From positions 24,180,001-24,244,000 of the forward strand of contig OX597825.1 in assembly GCA_951406725.2 (NCBI GenBank): a DNA stretch of 64,000 bases, given 5' to 3'. Source of the DNA: Octopus vulgaris (taxonomy: Eukaryota). Made by a program: the position numbers and the translations under genes. Positions 24,972 to 38,261 of this stretch are shown here, in pieces; position 1 is the first letter of the stretch; each line of letters opens with the position of its first letter. The notes under the pieces were generated by a model. That model ran no database searches. It was given only the letters and a program-made list of their open reading frames with translations, and was not told the DNA's origin.

Positions 24972-25097
24972 CTATTTCTTTATTTTTCTGATTTTCTTTC
25001 CTACATGTTTCCACGTAAATCTCCTATTGTGTTCTATACTGTCTTTTGCACTGTACTTAGTGTTTCAAAGTCATTATTATTTTTATCGTTGTTGTTG

Positions 25098-25159
<62 letters not shown>

Positions 25160-26340
25160 GATGTCACACTGTATCATCCAATATCCTGATGTTGTTGATT
25201 GAAGATATTGTGTCTACCGGGGGTTTGTACTGTTTGTCAAGTCACAACAAGGACCTCAGTCAAACAGTACTTTATGCAATATGCATGCAGCTCCAAATAG
25301 CACCGACTTTTGCAATGCATCAAGACTGCAGGGTATTTCTAAAGTTTTCTGCTTTTTCTTTTTTAGATTGGTTCATATTGAACCCAATGCTCCGATGACA
25401 ATAGGGATAACCTTTATGTTTGACTCTCGTAGCTGTCACATCTTAGCGATCTCTATTCTCAGGTCTCCATATTTATCAACCCTTTTCTCTTTCTTTCATG
25501 ATGATATGTTGATCTCTTGGGCACTGCCACATCAATTATTAGGCTCTCTTGTTTGTCCCTCATAAAGGTTACTATATCCAGCCTTTGGTGCTCTAATACC
25601 TCGTCTGACTGGAAGTCAAAGTCCCAGAGGATTTTTGCCTCCCCCTTTTCATCCATTACCTTTTCCGGTGTATGTTGGTACCAAGCACCTGTAACCTCAT
25701 AGCCATACTTATGGCACATTGCCCAGTGGAGGTTTTAGACTACATTGTTGGTTCTATGTTTGTACTCTTTCTGTGCAAGACTTTCACAACCATTAACAAT
25801 GTGAGTCACACTTTTGACCCTCTTCCCACACATTCTGCAGAGGTCCATTGCACTTGTGTGATATATATTCATCTTCACTGAGTTGGTATTTAATACCTGG
25901 TCCTGGGCAGCGATGATTAGGCTTTCAGTATTCTTTTTACGGCACCCTTGTTAAGCCACCTCTGTGATACTGCCTTGTCTTCTAATTTGTTGGTTTCACT
26001 GTGGAACTGACCATGTAATTTCATGCAGAGTAGGGTTTCTTCTCTCTTGTTGGCTGTTCTTTCTGCATTATCAAGTCCATTTTTGTCAAATCTTTCTGCA
26101 TTAGCAGCATACTGTAGCAGGTCTTGTTTCTTCTTTCACTGTTGATGTATTGCCATATGCTAATCAGTCCAAATCCACCTTTACCCTTCTTCATGTAGAG
26201 CTTGTGTACATTTACCTTGGGGTAGAGGGCACCATACATTGTCATTGTCTTTTGTGTAGTGTGATTGAGTTGGTTAATCTCTGCCTGTGTCTGTTTCAGG
26301 ATGGGTACACTATGCTGAATGAAATGCTTAGCAGTATTTC
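25160..26340 (-). mobile_element. Decayed R4/Dong LINE 3' region
   Basis: MYGALYPKVNVHKLYMKKGKGGFGLISI; WYQHTPEKV...ILWDFDFQSDEVLEHQRLDIV...LIIDVAVP (restriction-like endonuclease); 3' end abuts (TAA)n at 25100-25160. Confidence 0.85.
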
Positions 26341-26734
26341 ACCCATTGCTGTGTTCTAAGTTCAAATTCTGCCAAGGTTGACTTTGCCTTTCAACCTTAC
26401 ATAGTCAATAAAATAAGTACCAGTTGAGTACTGGGGTCGATTTAATTGACTAGCTACCTACTTCAAAATTTCAAGCCTTGTACCTACAGTAGAAAGGATT
26501 ATTATTATTATTATCTTTATCATCATCTTTCAGTTCTGTTTCCATTTCTTGTATTTCTGACACCTATGGCAGAGAAACTCACGGTATACATTGGTAGATC
26601 ATTAAGATAAACACATCAGGTTGTTCATTTACGAAGTCGTGATGGAGAAAGAGAGGAAGAAAGACAGAGAGAAAAGGAAGAAATAAAAAATAAGAAAATA
26701 AACAAAGAAAATAAAGGGGTAAAGGAAAGAAAAG

Positions 26735-27064
26735 TCACAGTGACATACCAGTTAAGACTTCCTGCATGGATGGTAAGCCAGGAATCATTCTTAAATAATT
26801 TTCAATTCTTTTTTTGATCATTCTAAGTGCTCGTACAATCACTGGCATTGTAACCGACTTGAGATACCACATATTTTCAATTTCAATTAGCAAATCTTTA
26901 TATTTTCTGAGCTTTGCAAATTCTTTTCCTAATATATTATGGTCACATGGTATGCACATGTCAATCAATAAACAGACTTTATTGTTTTGGTCTTTCACAA
27001 CAATATCTGGTTTATTTGCTTTGATGGTCTGGTCTATAGATACTGGAAAGTCCCAAAGAATCAT
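26735..27064 (-). mobile_element. R4/Dong endonuclease fragment
   Basis: ILWDFPVSIDQTIKANKPDIVVKDQNNKVCLLIDMCIP...KLRKYKDLLIEIENMW (PD..D..K REL motif). Confidence 0.85.
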
Positions 27065-27117
27065 TACATTCCCAAAGAATCATTACATCTTCTTATTATT
27101 ATCTTTCTTTTTTATTT

Positions 27118-27580
27118 TGATGCAGTACCAGGCAGTGGCTCTCATGGCTTCTGATCTTTACTGATTGGAAGTGTTATCATGTACATTGTTTTGTCTTGGT
27201 ATAAAAGATGGGCTACAGCAAATATTCTGCTCAATACCACAGATGTGCTTGTCAGTTGTTTGACCTTAATCAGTTGACCATGTCCCTTAGTGGCTGATGA
27301 TATGTGCATCTCTGATCATGAGCAGAAGTAGTGGGGGAGCATCATAGCTATGTGTTGAGAGGGATTCTTTGGGGTTTGAATAATTCACCTCTGGAAACAT
27401 GGGTGTTTCATTCAACATCTTTAAACAACCCTTATTCAGGGACCTTTTGAGCAGGATGGGTTACTTGACCAGAAGAAAATTCTAATGGCCCCACCTGTAA
27501 GGTCATGAGCTGTTTATCTTGATATGAGATCACCATGTCGCGCACATATGGTTGTGATGCATGTGCCTAGTGTACCCTTC
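27118..27580 (+). mobile_element. Unclassified ~560-bp element, 3'-truncated
   Basis: Near-identical reverse complement of about 28120-28580. Confidence 0.85.
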
Positions 27581-27665
27581 AGGCTACAACAAGTATCCTT
27601 AGATGCTAAGAACCCTCCAAAGTATCCAAGCTGTCCCTAATAACACTGTTTTCTGGAGCTGTACT
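27581..27665 (-). mobile_element. R4/Dong extreme 3' ORF fragment
   Basis: rc translates VQLQKTVLLGTAWILWRVLSI*. Confidence 0.65.
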
Positions 27666-27677
27666 ATTATTATTATT

Positions 27678-27895
27678 AGGCAAGCTGGCAGAATTGTTAG
27701 CACACTGGGTTAAATGCTTAGTGGTTTTTTGTCTGTTTTCATGTTCTAAATTCAAATTCTGCTAAGGTCAACTTTGCCTTTCACCTTTTTGAGGTTGATA
27801 AATTAAGTACCAGTTTCGTACTAGGGTCGGTGTAATCGACTAGTCCCCTCCCTCAAAATTTCAGGCCTTGTACCAACAACAGAGAGGATTATTAT
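27678..27895 (+). mobile_element. SINE family B
   Basis: ggcaagctggcagaattgttagc...gataaattaagtaccag...ttcaggccttgt, (ATT)n tail. Confidence 0.85.
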
Positions 27896-27917
27896 TATTA
27901 TTATCATTATTATTATA

Positions 27918-27977
<60 letters not shown>

Positions 27978-27990
27978 GTTGTTGTTATTA

Positions 27991-28030
<40 letters not shown>

Positions 28031-28031
<1 letters not shown>

Positions 28032-28587
28032 GAGTGAGAGAGCAGTTCATGCCATCAAAGTGACACTGGGGTAAAATATACGAAGCCCAATATACCCATC
28101 ATGACTACCCGTCTGATAAAGGTACACCAGGCACATGCATCACAACCATATGTGCGCGACATGGTGATCTCATATCAAGATAAACAGCACATGACCTTGC
28201 AGGTGGGGCCCAGTTAGAATTTTCTTCAGGTTAAGTAGCCCATCCCGCTCAAACGGTCCCTGAATAAGGGTTGTTTAAGGATGTTGAAAGAACCACCCAT
28301 GTTTCCAGAGGTGAACTATTCAAACCCCAAAGAATCCCTCTCAACACATGGCTATGATGCTCCCCCACTACTTCTGCTCGTGATCAGAGATGCACATATC
28401 GTCAGCCACTAAGGGACATGGTCAACTGGTTAAGGTCAAACAACTGACAAGCAAATCTGTGGTATTGAGCAGAATATTTGCTGTAGCCCATCTTTTATAC
28501 CAAGACAAAACAATGTACATGATAACACTTCCAATCAGTTAAGATCAGAAGCCATGAGAGCCACTGCCTGGTACTGCATCAGGGCAC

Positions 28588-28589
<2 letters not shown>
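28031..28589 (-). mobile_element. Apparently full-length ~560-bp unclassified element embedded in (ATT)n
   Basis: (ATT)n on both sides; four other partial copies in the window. Strand chosen so that the element ends in (AAT)n. Confidence 0.85.
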
Positions 28590-28638
<49 letters not shown>

Positions 28639-28787
28639 TGCTACATTCTGAGTTCAAATTCTGCCGAGGTTGATTTTGCCTTTCATCCTTTCAGGGTCGA
28701 TAGATTAAGTACCAGTCGAACACAGTAATTGACTATTTACCTCCCCACAAATTCCAGGCCTTGTGCCTATACTATAAAGGATTATTA

Positions 28788-29220
28788 TGTAGCGAAAGAG
28801 GTAGTATGGTGGACCCGTTTTAAAGGGCTAAAGACAGACACTTTCCTCTTTGGCCAAGCCCTCATCAACTTTTTCAAGTTTCACTTGAAAAAGAAGTTGA
28901 GGATGGAGAGGAAAGTGTTGCTTTGTAGCAAGTTTGTTGAAAGGTGAGTGAATGTTGGAAAAATAGCCAGTGCGAAAGGACCAATTCTGAGCATGCACCT
29001 GTATAAAGGGAACTGAAGGAGAAGGGCTCTTGCTCTGTTGATCAGGCACCCATGGCTTTTGTGAGTTTTTCCACAAGGACCTTCAAGCGCCTCCCCTATT
29101 GGGAGTTTTAATTTGTTTATTTTACTTGTTTTTTATTGTTTACCTGTTGTAAAACCTATTGTATTGTCCTGTCATTTAATGTTGTTTTATGTGAACCCTT
29201 GTGGCTAATAAGAGAAGTAA
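28788..29220 (+). mobile_element. Tx1/L1-like LINE 3' end
   Basis: VAKEVVWWTRFKGLKTDTFLFGQALINFFKFHLKKK is homologous to 12540-12680; ends aacccttgtggctaataa. Confidence 0.7.
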
Positions 29221-29689
29221 TTATTATTATCATTATCAACATTCATTGATTCCAATTCTTTACATTCTGAGTTGAAATCCTGCTGAGATCCTCTTTGCTT
29301 TTCTTTTTAAACAGTCCATCAAACAAAATACCAGTCATATATTGTAGGACTGAGATAATTGTCTAACCTCTTCCTCACCAAAATTTCAGGATATTTTTTT
29401 TCTCTTTTGGTGGCAAAATAAGGAAATATTGGTCTCAAATTTTGGCTGGTGAGAAGATAAATCTGTTACATTGACCCCCAGTATTCAACAGGTACTTATT
29501 TTGTTGACCCTGAAAGGATGGAAAGCAAAGTTGACCATAGTGGAATTTGAACTCAGAACATAAAGGCAGACGAAATACCGCTAAGCATTTTGCCCAGAAT
29601 ACTAACAATAAGTACCAGTTGAGCACTGGAGTCCGACTTTACTCCCTCCCCCCAAATTGCTGGCCTTGCGCAAAAATTTAAAATCAATA

Positions 29690-30206
29690 GTTGTAGTGGT
29701 GGTAGTAGTAGTAGTAGTAGTAGTGGAGGTGGTGGTGGTGGTAGTAGTAGTTGCAGCAGCAGCTATTGTTGTTGTTATAGTAGTTATAGTAGTAGTAGTG
29801 GTGGGGGGTAGTGGTGATGGTGGGGGTGGTGGTGATATTGGTAGTAGCTGTAGCAGCAGCAGCTGTTGTTGTTGTTACAGTAGTTATAGTAGTATTAGTA
29901 GTAGCAGCAGCAGCTGTTGAAGTAGTTGTAGTAGTCGTAGTAGTAATAGTAACATCAGCATCAGCTGTTGTAATAGTAAACGTAATAGCAGTGGTAGTAG
30001 TAGTTGTTGAAGTTGTAATACTTATAGTAGCAGTAGTAGTAGTAGTACTCTTGGCAGTGGGGTGTTGTGGTGGTGGTGGTGGTGGTGGTGGTGGTGGTGG
30101 TGGTGGTGGTGGTGACGTGGTGGTGGTGACATGGTGGTGGTGGTGACGTGGTGGTGGTGGTGGTGACGTGGTGGTGGTGGTAGTGACGTGGTGGTAATAG
30201 GGGTAC

Positions 30207-30242
<36 letters not shown>

Positions 30243-31200
30243 GCAGCAGTAGTAGTAGTAGTAGTAGTAGTTGTTGAAGTTGTAATACTTATAGTAGCAG
30301 TAGTAACAGTGCTCTAGGTAGTGGGAAGTGGCAGAGGTGGTGGCGGTGGTGACGTGGTGGTGGTAATAGGGGTACAATCTCTGGGGGCAACAGCAGCAGC
30401 AGCAGTGGCAGCGGCAGCAGCAGCAGCAGCAGCAGCAGAAATTTAGCAGCAGCAGCAGCTTTATTGGAATCATCTTGCCAACACTCTCTGGTTCCTACAC
30501 AACTGCTATACTGCAGAGGAAAAAGCTGCTTCGCTCGGCAGAGTGGACTTCCCAAGCTTACACATCATTAACACCAGATTGAATACCACCACCACCGCCA
30601 CCACCACCACCACCACCACCACCACCACCACCACCACCACCACCACCACTACTTCTGCCACTAATGCAAATACTACTACTACTACTATTACTATGGTGGC
30701 TACTACTACCACAAGCAACACTGTTGCAACTGGTGTTTCTAGTGTTGTTGATATTATTTCTACTACTGCTACCACACACACTACAACCATTATTACCAAT
30801 GCCATGACCACCACCACCACTACCACCACCACTACCACCATTGCCACCACAACTATACTACTATTACTACTATCATCTTTATCACCACTATTGTTATCCT
30901 CACCATTGTCTACCATTATCGATACCATAACCAATACTATCATCATTTGTTGCACTATCAACACGACAAACCACCACCACCACCACCACCACTGTTACCA
31001 ATACTATAATCTGTACTCTCAAAACTATCAGTACCACTAGGACCGGCACTATTAACAACACTATCAATTATACTATTAATACTACTACAACAACAACTAC
31101 TACTACTACTACTACCACCACTACTACTAAAACTAACACTGTTACCACTGACATCACAAATACAACTACCACCACGACCACCACCACCAATAATAATACT
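29690..31200. repeat. Long trinucleotide low-complexity block (GTA/GTG/CAG, then ACC/ACT)
   Basis: Direct reading; polarity flips around a short unique core at 30460-30585. Confidence 0.9.
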
Positions 31201-31580
31201 TCCAAAACTGCTACACACCAAAGCCAATGGGGGAAATCTCTATCTGGTTACTCAAACTGTTAGAAACAGCAGCTAAATCTTTTATTTTCTGATACTACTT
31301 TACTGTATTAGAGAAGAAAAAAATTGAGCAAGACGTATTCTAATAGAGCATTCTTTGAAAAGATGGGATGGTCATGCTTAGACAGCCTTTTACCATAGTC
31401 TTGGACAGCCTTTTATCATAGCCTTGGTCTATTCATTCAGAACGACTTGGTGCTAAACAACACCACTTACATCATATAATTCTACTACTACTACTACTAA
31501 TACTACTACTACTACAAACATCCTTTCCCTGATGCCAGCACATACATATATATAAATATATATATATATATGTATATATA

Positions 31581-31652
<72 letters not shown>

Positions 31653-31958
31653 TCCGTGTTTCTATCCATGCATGCAATATGATGGCACACTAAATGTAAC
31701 TGCATGCACCCCAGATAAAACTAAAACTCGGGCATAAATAGGAAAACAAGCATGAGCACACATTATGCATCCATAAAGAAACATGAATGCACACACACAC
31801 TTATATATATAGATATATGTGTATACACTCACACATATATGTACATATATTAACATATATCTATACATACACATATATACCCACATAAACAAATGCACAC
31901 GCACACATTTATGTACATACATAGAAATATATATATATTTTTATGCATGTGTGTGTAA

Positions 31959-31989
<31 letters not shown>

Positions 31990-32027
31990 CACACACGTAT
32001 ATATATATATATATATACATATATTAT

Positions 32028-32067
<40 letters not shown>

Positions 32068-32094
32068 ATATATATATATATATATATGTGTGTG

Positions 32095-32150
<56 letters not shown>

Positions 32151-32747
32151 CGTGTATATATGTTATATACATGCTGATCATATTTTCAAACACCCTAAAG
32201 AGAAACTAGGGATCTAAAACACACACATCCATGCACACACACACACACAAATCCTATTCCTTTAACCCCCATCCTTTCACCTTCTTTCTCTCTCTCCCAC
32301 CCCCACCCACCCACACATACACACACATCCCCATATTCCCACACCCCCTACACACATATACACCTTACTATACCCACACCTCAAGATTGACTGATTCCAC
32401 AACCGATCCGATCGCAACAATTAGCTATGTATTTTGGATCGTTCTTACATCAAGAATAAAAGCCTAAAGAGAAAAAAAACACATATATATATATACACAC
32501 ATATATATATATGTATATATATATGTAAATATAAAAACATATATACATGTATAGATGTGTCTGTAATATATAAACATACAAAATAACGAAGAAAAAAAAT
32601 AATATGTATTAATTATATTTTCCACGCCTTCTCCACTTTCCTTGGTCTTCTTGACTCTCCATCCCTCACACTCTCCCACCACTTCTCTCTCCCTGCTTCT
32701 TCTGTATCTCTCTCTCGCTCTCTCTCTTAGTCTCTTTCTCATTCCCT

Positions 32748-32793
<46 letters not shown>

Positions 32794-32890
32794 AACTCTC
32801 TCTCTCATTCAATGTATGTGAACACATGTGAACGTGTATGTATATATATATATATTTAGATATACGTACATATTTGTATACAGACATATC

Positions 32891-32929
<39 letters not shown>

Positions 32930-33217
32930 CTGTGTGTGTATCTGTGTGTGTGTGTGTGTGTATGTCTGTGTATACGTAAATTGTATGTTTGCGGTGGTGA
33001 TTCTTGTTTCACTCTCTTCTTTCTCTCACTCCTTCTCTTTCTCTTTCTCTCCCTCTCCCTCTCCCTGCCCCTCTCCTCTTCCCCCCTCTCTCTTTTTGCT
33101 TGTCTGCTTGATTGCGTATGTGCGTATGTGGCTGTATGTGTATGTCGGTATGTCTGCATATATGTGTATACGTGTGTATGTGTGTATGTGTATGTGTGTG
33201 TGTGTGAGAGTATTGTG

Positions 33218-33419
33218 TCAGTCATACCAACCTGAAGAGTTCCTACTATATTTGTGATTTTGACGAAATTTTTGGATGTGTAACAAGTTGTCACTCCTAT
33301 GGATAGGCGTTTGTTGAGACGGAGGAACTCAGATTCCGTTTTCCTTTGCATTTTTACCAATCTTTCTATCTTCTCATTAATCTTTGATTGATTTTTTCAA
33401 TCAAATTCTTCAGGTAAGA
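33218..33419 (+). promoter_or_regulatory. Candidate initiator and non-coding first exon
   Basis: Inr-like TCAGTC at 33218 after CT/GT tracts; unique CpG-containing sequence; strong donor CAG|GTAAGA at 33413/33414. Confidence 0.3.
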
Positions 33420-33609
33420 TAAATATTTCAATATATACAGATATATATATATAAATATAAGTATACTAATAGATATATAAATATATATAAAAATGACATA
33501 TCTTGGTGGTTATGTATAGTACACATATACACACATAATATATACATATATAGATAAGTAGACAGACAGACAAATGGATAGATGGATAGATAGAAAGATA
33601 GATAGATAT

Positions 33610-33655
<46 letters not shown>

Positions 33656-33810
33656 TGGTAGATAGATTGATATATAAATATTGATATATACATTTTCATT
33701 ATTCTAGTTCTCTACATTGTACATTTATGTCTATATATGTATAAACATATATAGATACATATGCATGCATACATATATATATATATATATGTATATATAT
33801 GTATATTTAT

Positions 33811-33842
<32 letters not shown>

Positions 33843-34016
33843 TAACATATACATATATATATATATATAAACATACATATATATACATATGTATATGTAT
33901 GCGTGTATATATATATATGCTGATAAATATTTGTTCGTAATATTTTCATGTCAACCGTGTAGAATAAAGCACCCGGCAGATCGGCATGTCATGCTAGTGA
34001 CGTAGTTTCAATTCTC

Positions 34017-34150
34017 ATGAAAATTAGTTCATCTCATCTCCCTTCAGCCCTCACCCTGTATCACTTCGCTCCCAGCCTGCCCCGTGGCAATGACATTGTT
34101 CGTACAAAAACAAGCACCCGTATCTCGTTCTCCTTAAAAATATATACCAG
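34017..34150 (+). CDS. Candidate first coding exon of an unidentified gene
   Basis: ATG at 34017 is open to donor CAG|GTATGT (phase 2): MKISSSHLPSALTLYHFAPSLPRGNDIVRTKTSTRISFSLKIYT. No recognisable homology. Confidence 0.25.
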
Positions 34151-35129
34151 GTATGTGAGCCTTGTGTGGTGGTAAAATTAATATTTTCATATCTATCGCA
34201 GTCTACCTCATGTCATTGTATGTCATTGTATCAGCGTGTTCGTGTGTGTGTTTCTGTGTGTCTGTGTGTGCATGTGTGTATATCTCTGTGTGTGTTGTGT
34301 ACATTTATAAATGCAAATGATCGTGTGTGTGTTTATACAGTCGCGAATATACCCAAGTATGTGTGTGTGTGTGTGTTTGTATATATAAGTGTGTGCCATT
34401 AAAATGTATTTTTTCTCATTTTTCTCCTTGTTTTGATAATTAATTTAAGGGAAAAAGAAAATCAAACACACACACATACACATGTATACGTACACACACC
34501 CACACCACCACAAACATGCACATAGAAACACAAGCACACACACAGAGACTCACACACACACACACACACACACATGTGTATACCCACCCTGACACATACA
34601 TAGGTATACAAGTGCACACACAAATATACATTGGCACACATATACACACAAACAACACACAAACACACATGCACACACACAAACCCAGAAATGTATACTC
34701 ACATACACACATACACACACACAAAACAAAAACATACACACAATCACACATATGATGACATAGATACACGCATACACGCATGCGCATGCACACACAGACA
34801 CACACACACTTGCGCTTGCAGGCATGTACACACAGACACACTCACACACATACACAGTACCATATTACACTCACACACTCACACATACAAAATATGTGCA
34901 AATTGAACTATGTCAAACAATTATATTTTTGTCTATTGAATAAAAATCACAATTTCTTCCATTTGATAATTAAATATTTTCATTAAAGTCTTTGATTAGG
35001 TGTCTAATTTGGGGGTAGACAAGGTATATTCTATAGGATAATTTTATTTTAAGAAGGCTACAGATATTTTTACTTCATACACACACACATGTATCTATGT
35101 GTGTATATATATATATATATATAGATATA

Positions 35130-35676
35130 GGCAGGAGTGGCTGTGTGGTAAGTCGCTTGCTTACCAACCACATGGTTCCGAGTTCAGTCCCACTGCATGA
35201 CACCTTAGGCACCTTGTCTTCTCTCAGGCCAACCAAAGCCTTGTGAGTGGATTAGATAGATGGAAACTGAAAGAAGCCCATCATATGTATGTATGCATGT
35301 ATGTATGTATGTATGTATGTATGTATGTATGTATGTATGTATGTATGTATGTATGTATGTATGTATGTATGTATGTATGTATGTATGTATGTATGTATGT
35401 ATGTATGTATGTATGTATGTATGTATGTATGTATGTATGTATGTATGTATGTATGTGTGTATGTATGTGCGTTTGTGTGTGTATGTGTTTGTCCCTCCCC
35501 CCACCAACATCACCCTTGTTGATGTGTTTATGCCCTTGTAACTTAGGAATTCGGAAAAAGTGATCAATGGAATAAGTACTAGGCTTACATGGAATAACGC
35601 CTGGGGTTAAATTGCTTGACTAAAGGCGGTGCTCCAGCATGGCCACAGTCAAATGAACGAAATAAACCAAAGAGAA

Positions 35677-35679
<3 letters not shown>
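35130..35679 (+). mobile_element. SINE family A with expanded internal (ATGT)n
   Basis: gcaggagtggctgtgtggtaag (A box), ggttccgagttcagtccc (B box), ggcggtgctccagcatggcc tail. Confidence 0.9.
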
Positions 35680-35714
<35 letters not shown>

Positions 35715-35902
35715 TATGCAGATATATATGTATCATATATTTATAAATAATGTACATATACATGATGTATATAAATACATATGTAAGTAATATACATGTA
35801 TATATTGTAAAAAATATAATTTACAACATACACATACACTCACACACATATATATAAAAACAAACATATATAAATATATCATATATTCATATGTATATAT
35901 AA

Positions 35903-35945
<43 letters not shown>

Positions 35946-36158
35946 TATATATAATCATTACGGATATAAGTTACAAATGTTGTTGTCTGTGGAGACATAT
36001 TTTTGTAGAAAAAGGAAATAGTAGTCTTTTGGCTGCTATTTCTAAAATTTTCGGTATGTGGTCAAGCAACTTGTTGCAAAACCCTTATTGTTATATATAT
36101 ATATATATATGTATATATATACATATATTCTATAAGTACATACATATATATATATATT

Positions 36159-36235
<77 letters not shown>

Positions 36236-36276
36236 AAGTCACATTGCGATAAAATAAAATTAATTATTATCGCTGG

Positions 36277-36331
<55 letters not shown>

Positions 36332-36884
36332 ACATAAACATCAACAATGTGTATGTAATATATAGTAGAGAAGTAGAAACTCTTCCCCTCTGTGCTACAC
36401 TGACCAACTGACTTGATTCCAGACAGACCTGATTCTCTGTGACACACACAGTTTAAAAGAAATACACAATACATGTGCATATGACTTGTAGCAGACCACT
36501 AAGACCTTTATTTGCAAGGAAATTAAAAACAAGGTGGGCACGGTGGAGGGCGGTGAGACCTTTGACATCAGCTGGTCACCATTTGCAGCTGTTGTTGTTG
36601 TTGTTGTTGTTGTTGGTGGTGGTGGTGTTAATGTTATTTTTTTTTTTCTGGTATTTTAAGTCCCAGATTTACAATGATTATAAGGTAGCAATGATCAAAG
36701 TTCTTCTTGTTATTTTTTGCTGCTATGGAAGCAATGTGTGGATTTGAATGAGATATAAATACGTATGTATGTATGTATGTATGTATGTATGTATGTATGT
36801 ATGTATGTTGCTCCATCATGGCCACAGTAAAAAAACTGAAGCAAGTAAATGAAAAAGAAAAGAAATATATATATACACACATTT

Positions 36885-36929
<45 letters not shown>

Positions 36930-38261
36930 GCATACATACATGCTTACATCATCATCATCGTTTAGCGTCCGTTTTCCATGCTAGCATGGGTTGGACGTAT
37001 ATATATATATATATATATATATACATACATAGAGAGAGAAGGAGAGAGTGAGAGAGAAAAAGAGAGAGAAAGAGAGAGAGATGAATATATATTTGTTATT
37101 TCTAGTGAATCCCTCTTTGTCTCACATATAAGTAAAGGAGTGCTGCTTATGGAGTTTAGCCCTAGGTCAACCCTGATCAAACAGGCCAATAATCATGAAG
37201 TGTGTTTCAGCCACGAGTAACCTTCTCAACACATTTTATTTATTTATTATTTATTTATTGATTGATTGATTTATCTATTTTTATCTATTTTTAATTTATC
37301 TATTTATTTATCTATTTTTATTTATTTATTTCTGTAAGCTCTTTTACTCTTTTACTTACTGCTGTCATTGTGAAGTGATGGTGGCCATGCTGGAGCACTG
37401 ACTGTATTGCTTAATGCGTTCTTCTATAGTTTAAGATGGTATGACACAGATACGAGGGATATACAAAGTATTTCCATCAGCTCCATGCTTCCGCATTGGC
37501 TCCTCTTCATGTAATAGTTGTTGTTGTTGTTGCTGTTGTTGTTGTTGTTGTTCCTGTTATTTTTGTTGTTGTTGTTGCTGCTTCTGTTTAACCCCAGATC
37601 AGCTCTGGTAAAAAAACAGAAACACACTATGACCAAAAGTGTGCCATCGATGAGCGATCATCATGTGTTTGGCACCCACCCACACATACACACATGAAGT
37701 AAATGTGACCTTCCTTATTTACTATGGCATATAATGGTTTCAGTGGGATTTCACTGTAGTTTCTAGCATGTTGACCAATTATGTATAGACTCCCTTGTTA
37801 TCTTATTTGTTTACTCCTTGGTCTTATTAGTTCCTTCAACATAATTCCTTCCAGCTGAGCAAATAGGGTTACATTCTGACCCCTTTTCACTTAACACATT
37901 CTTGTATAATAAATATTTATTTTTACGCTGGAGATTGGAGAATTAAACACAAGGTCAATTATTTTTTCTTTAAGGAAATGGAGTGAATATATTTGCTCCA
38001 TTAATTCAACCTTAGTATATCACTGGTACTTTATATCTAAAGTTGACTCCTTTTCAGGTTTTACCTGATAACATAAAGAAATACTTATACATACACTAAA
38101 AGGATATTTCATACAGCATGCTTCTTCTTGTTATTGTTTAGACCCAGAATAGATATATGGTTAAGGCGTTCCATCCTTGAATGTCCTGGCTTGCTGTCTG
38201 ATACAGAGTATTGATCTAGGACCATTTTATTCAATTTATCATTTCTTCCTCATTATTGTAC

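Noticed and set aside
27288-27335. CTGATGA/CTGACGA inside the 560-bp element as a hammerhead
   Set aside because: Followed by GAAG rather than GAAA, with no stem I partner.
33226-33280. CTGAAGA...GACGAAA hammerhead-like spacing
   Set aside because: Stem II is only ~3 bp and stems I/III are poor; compatible with chance.
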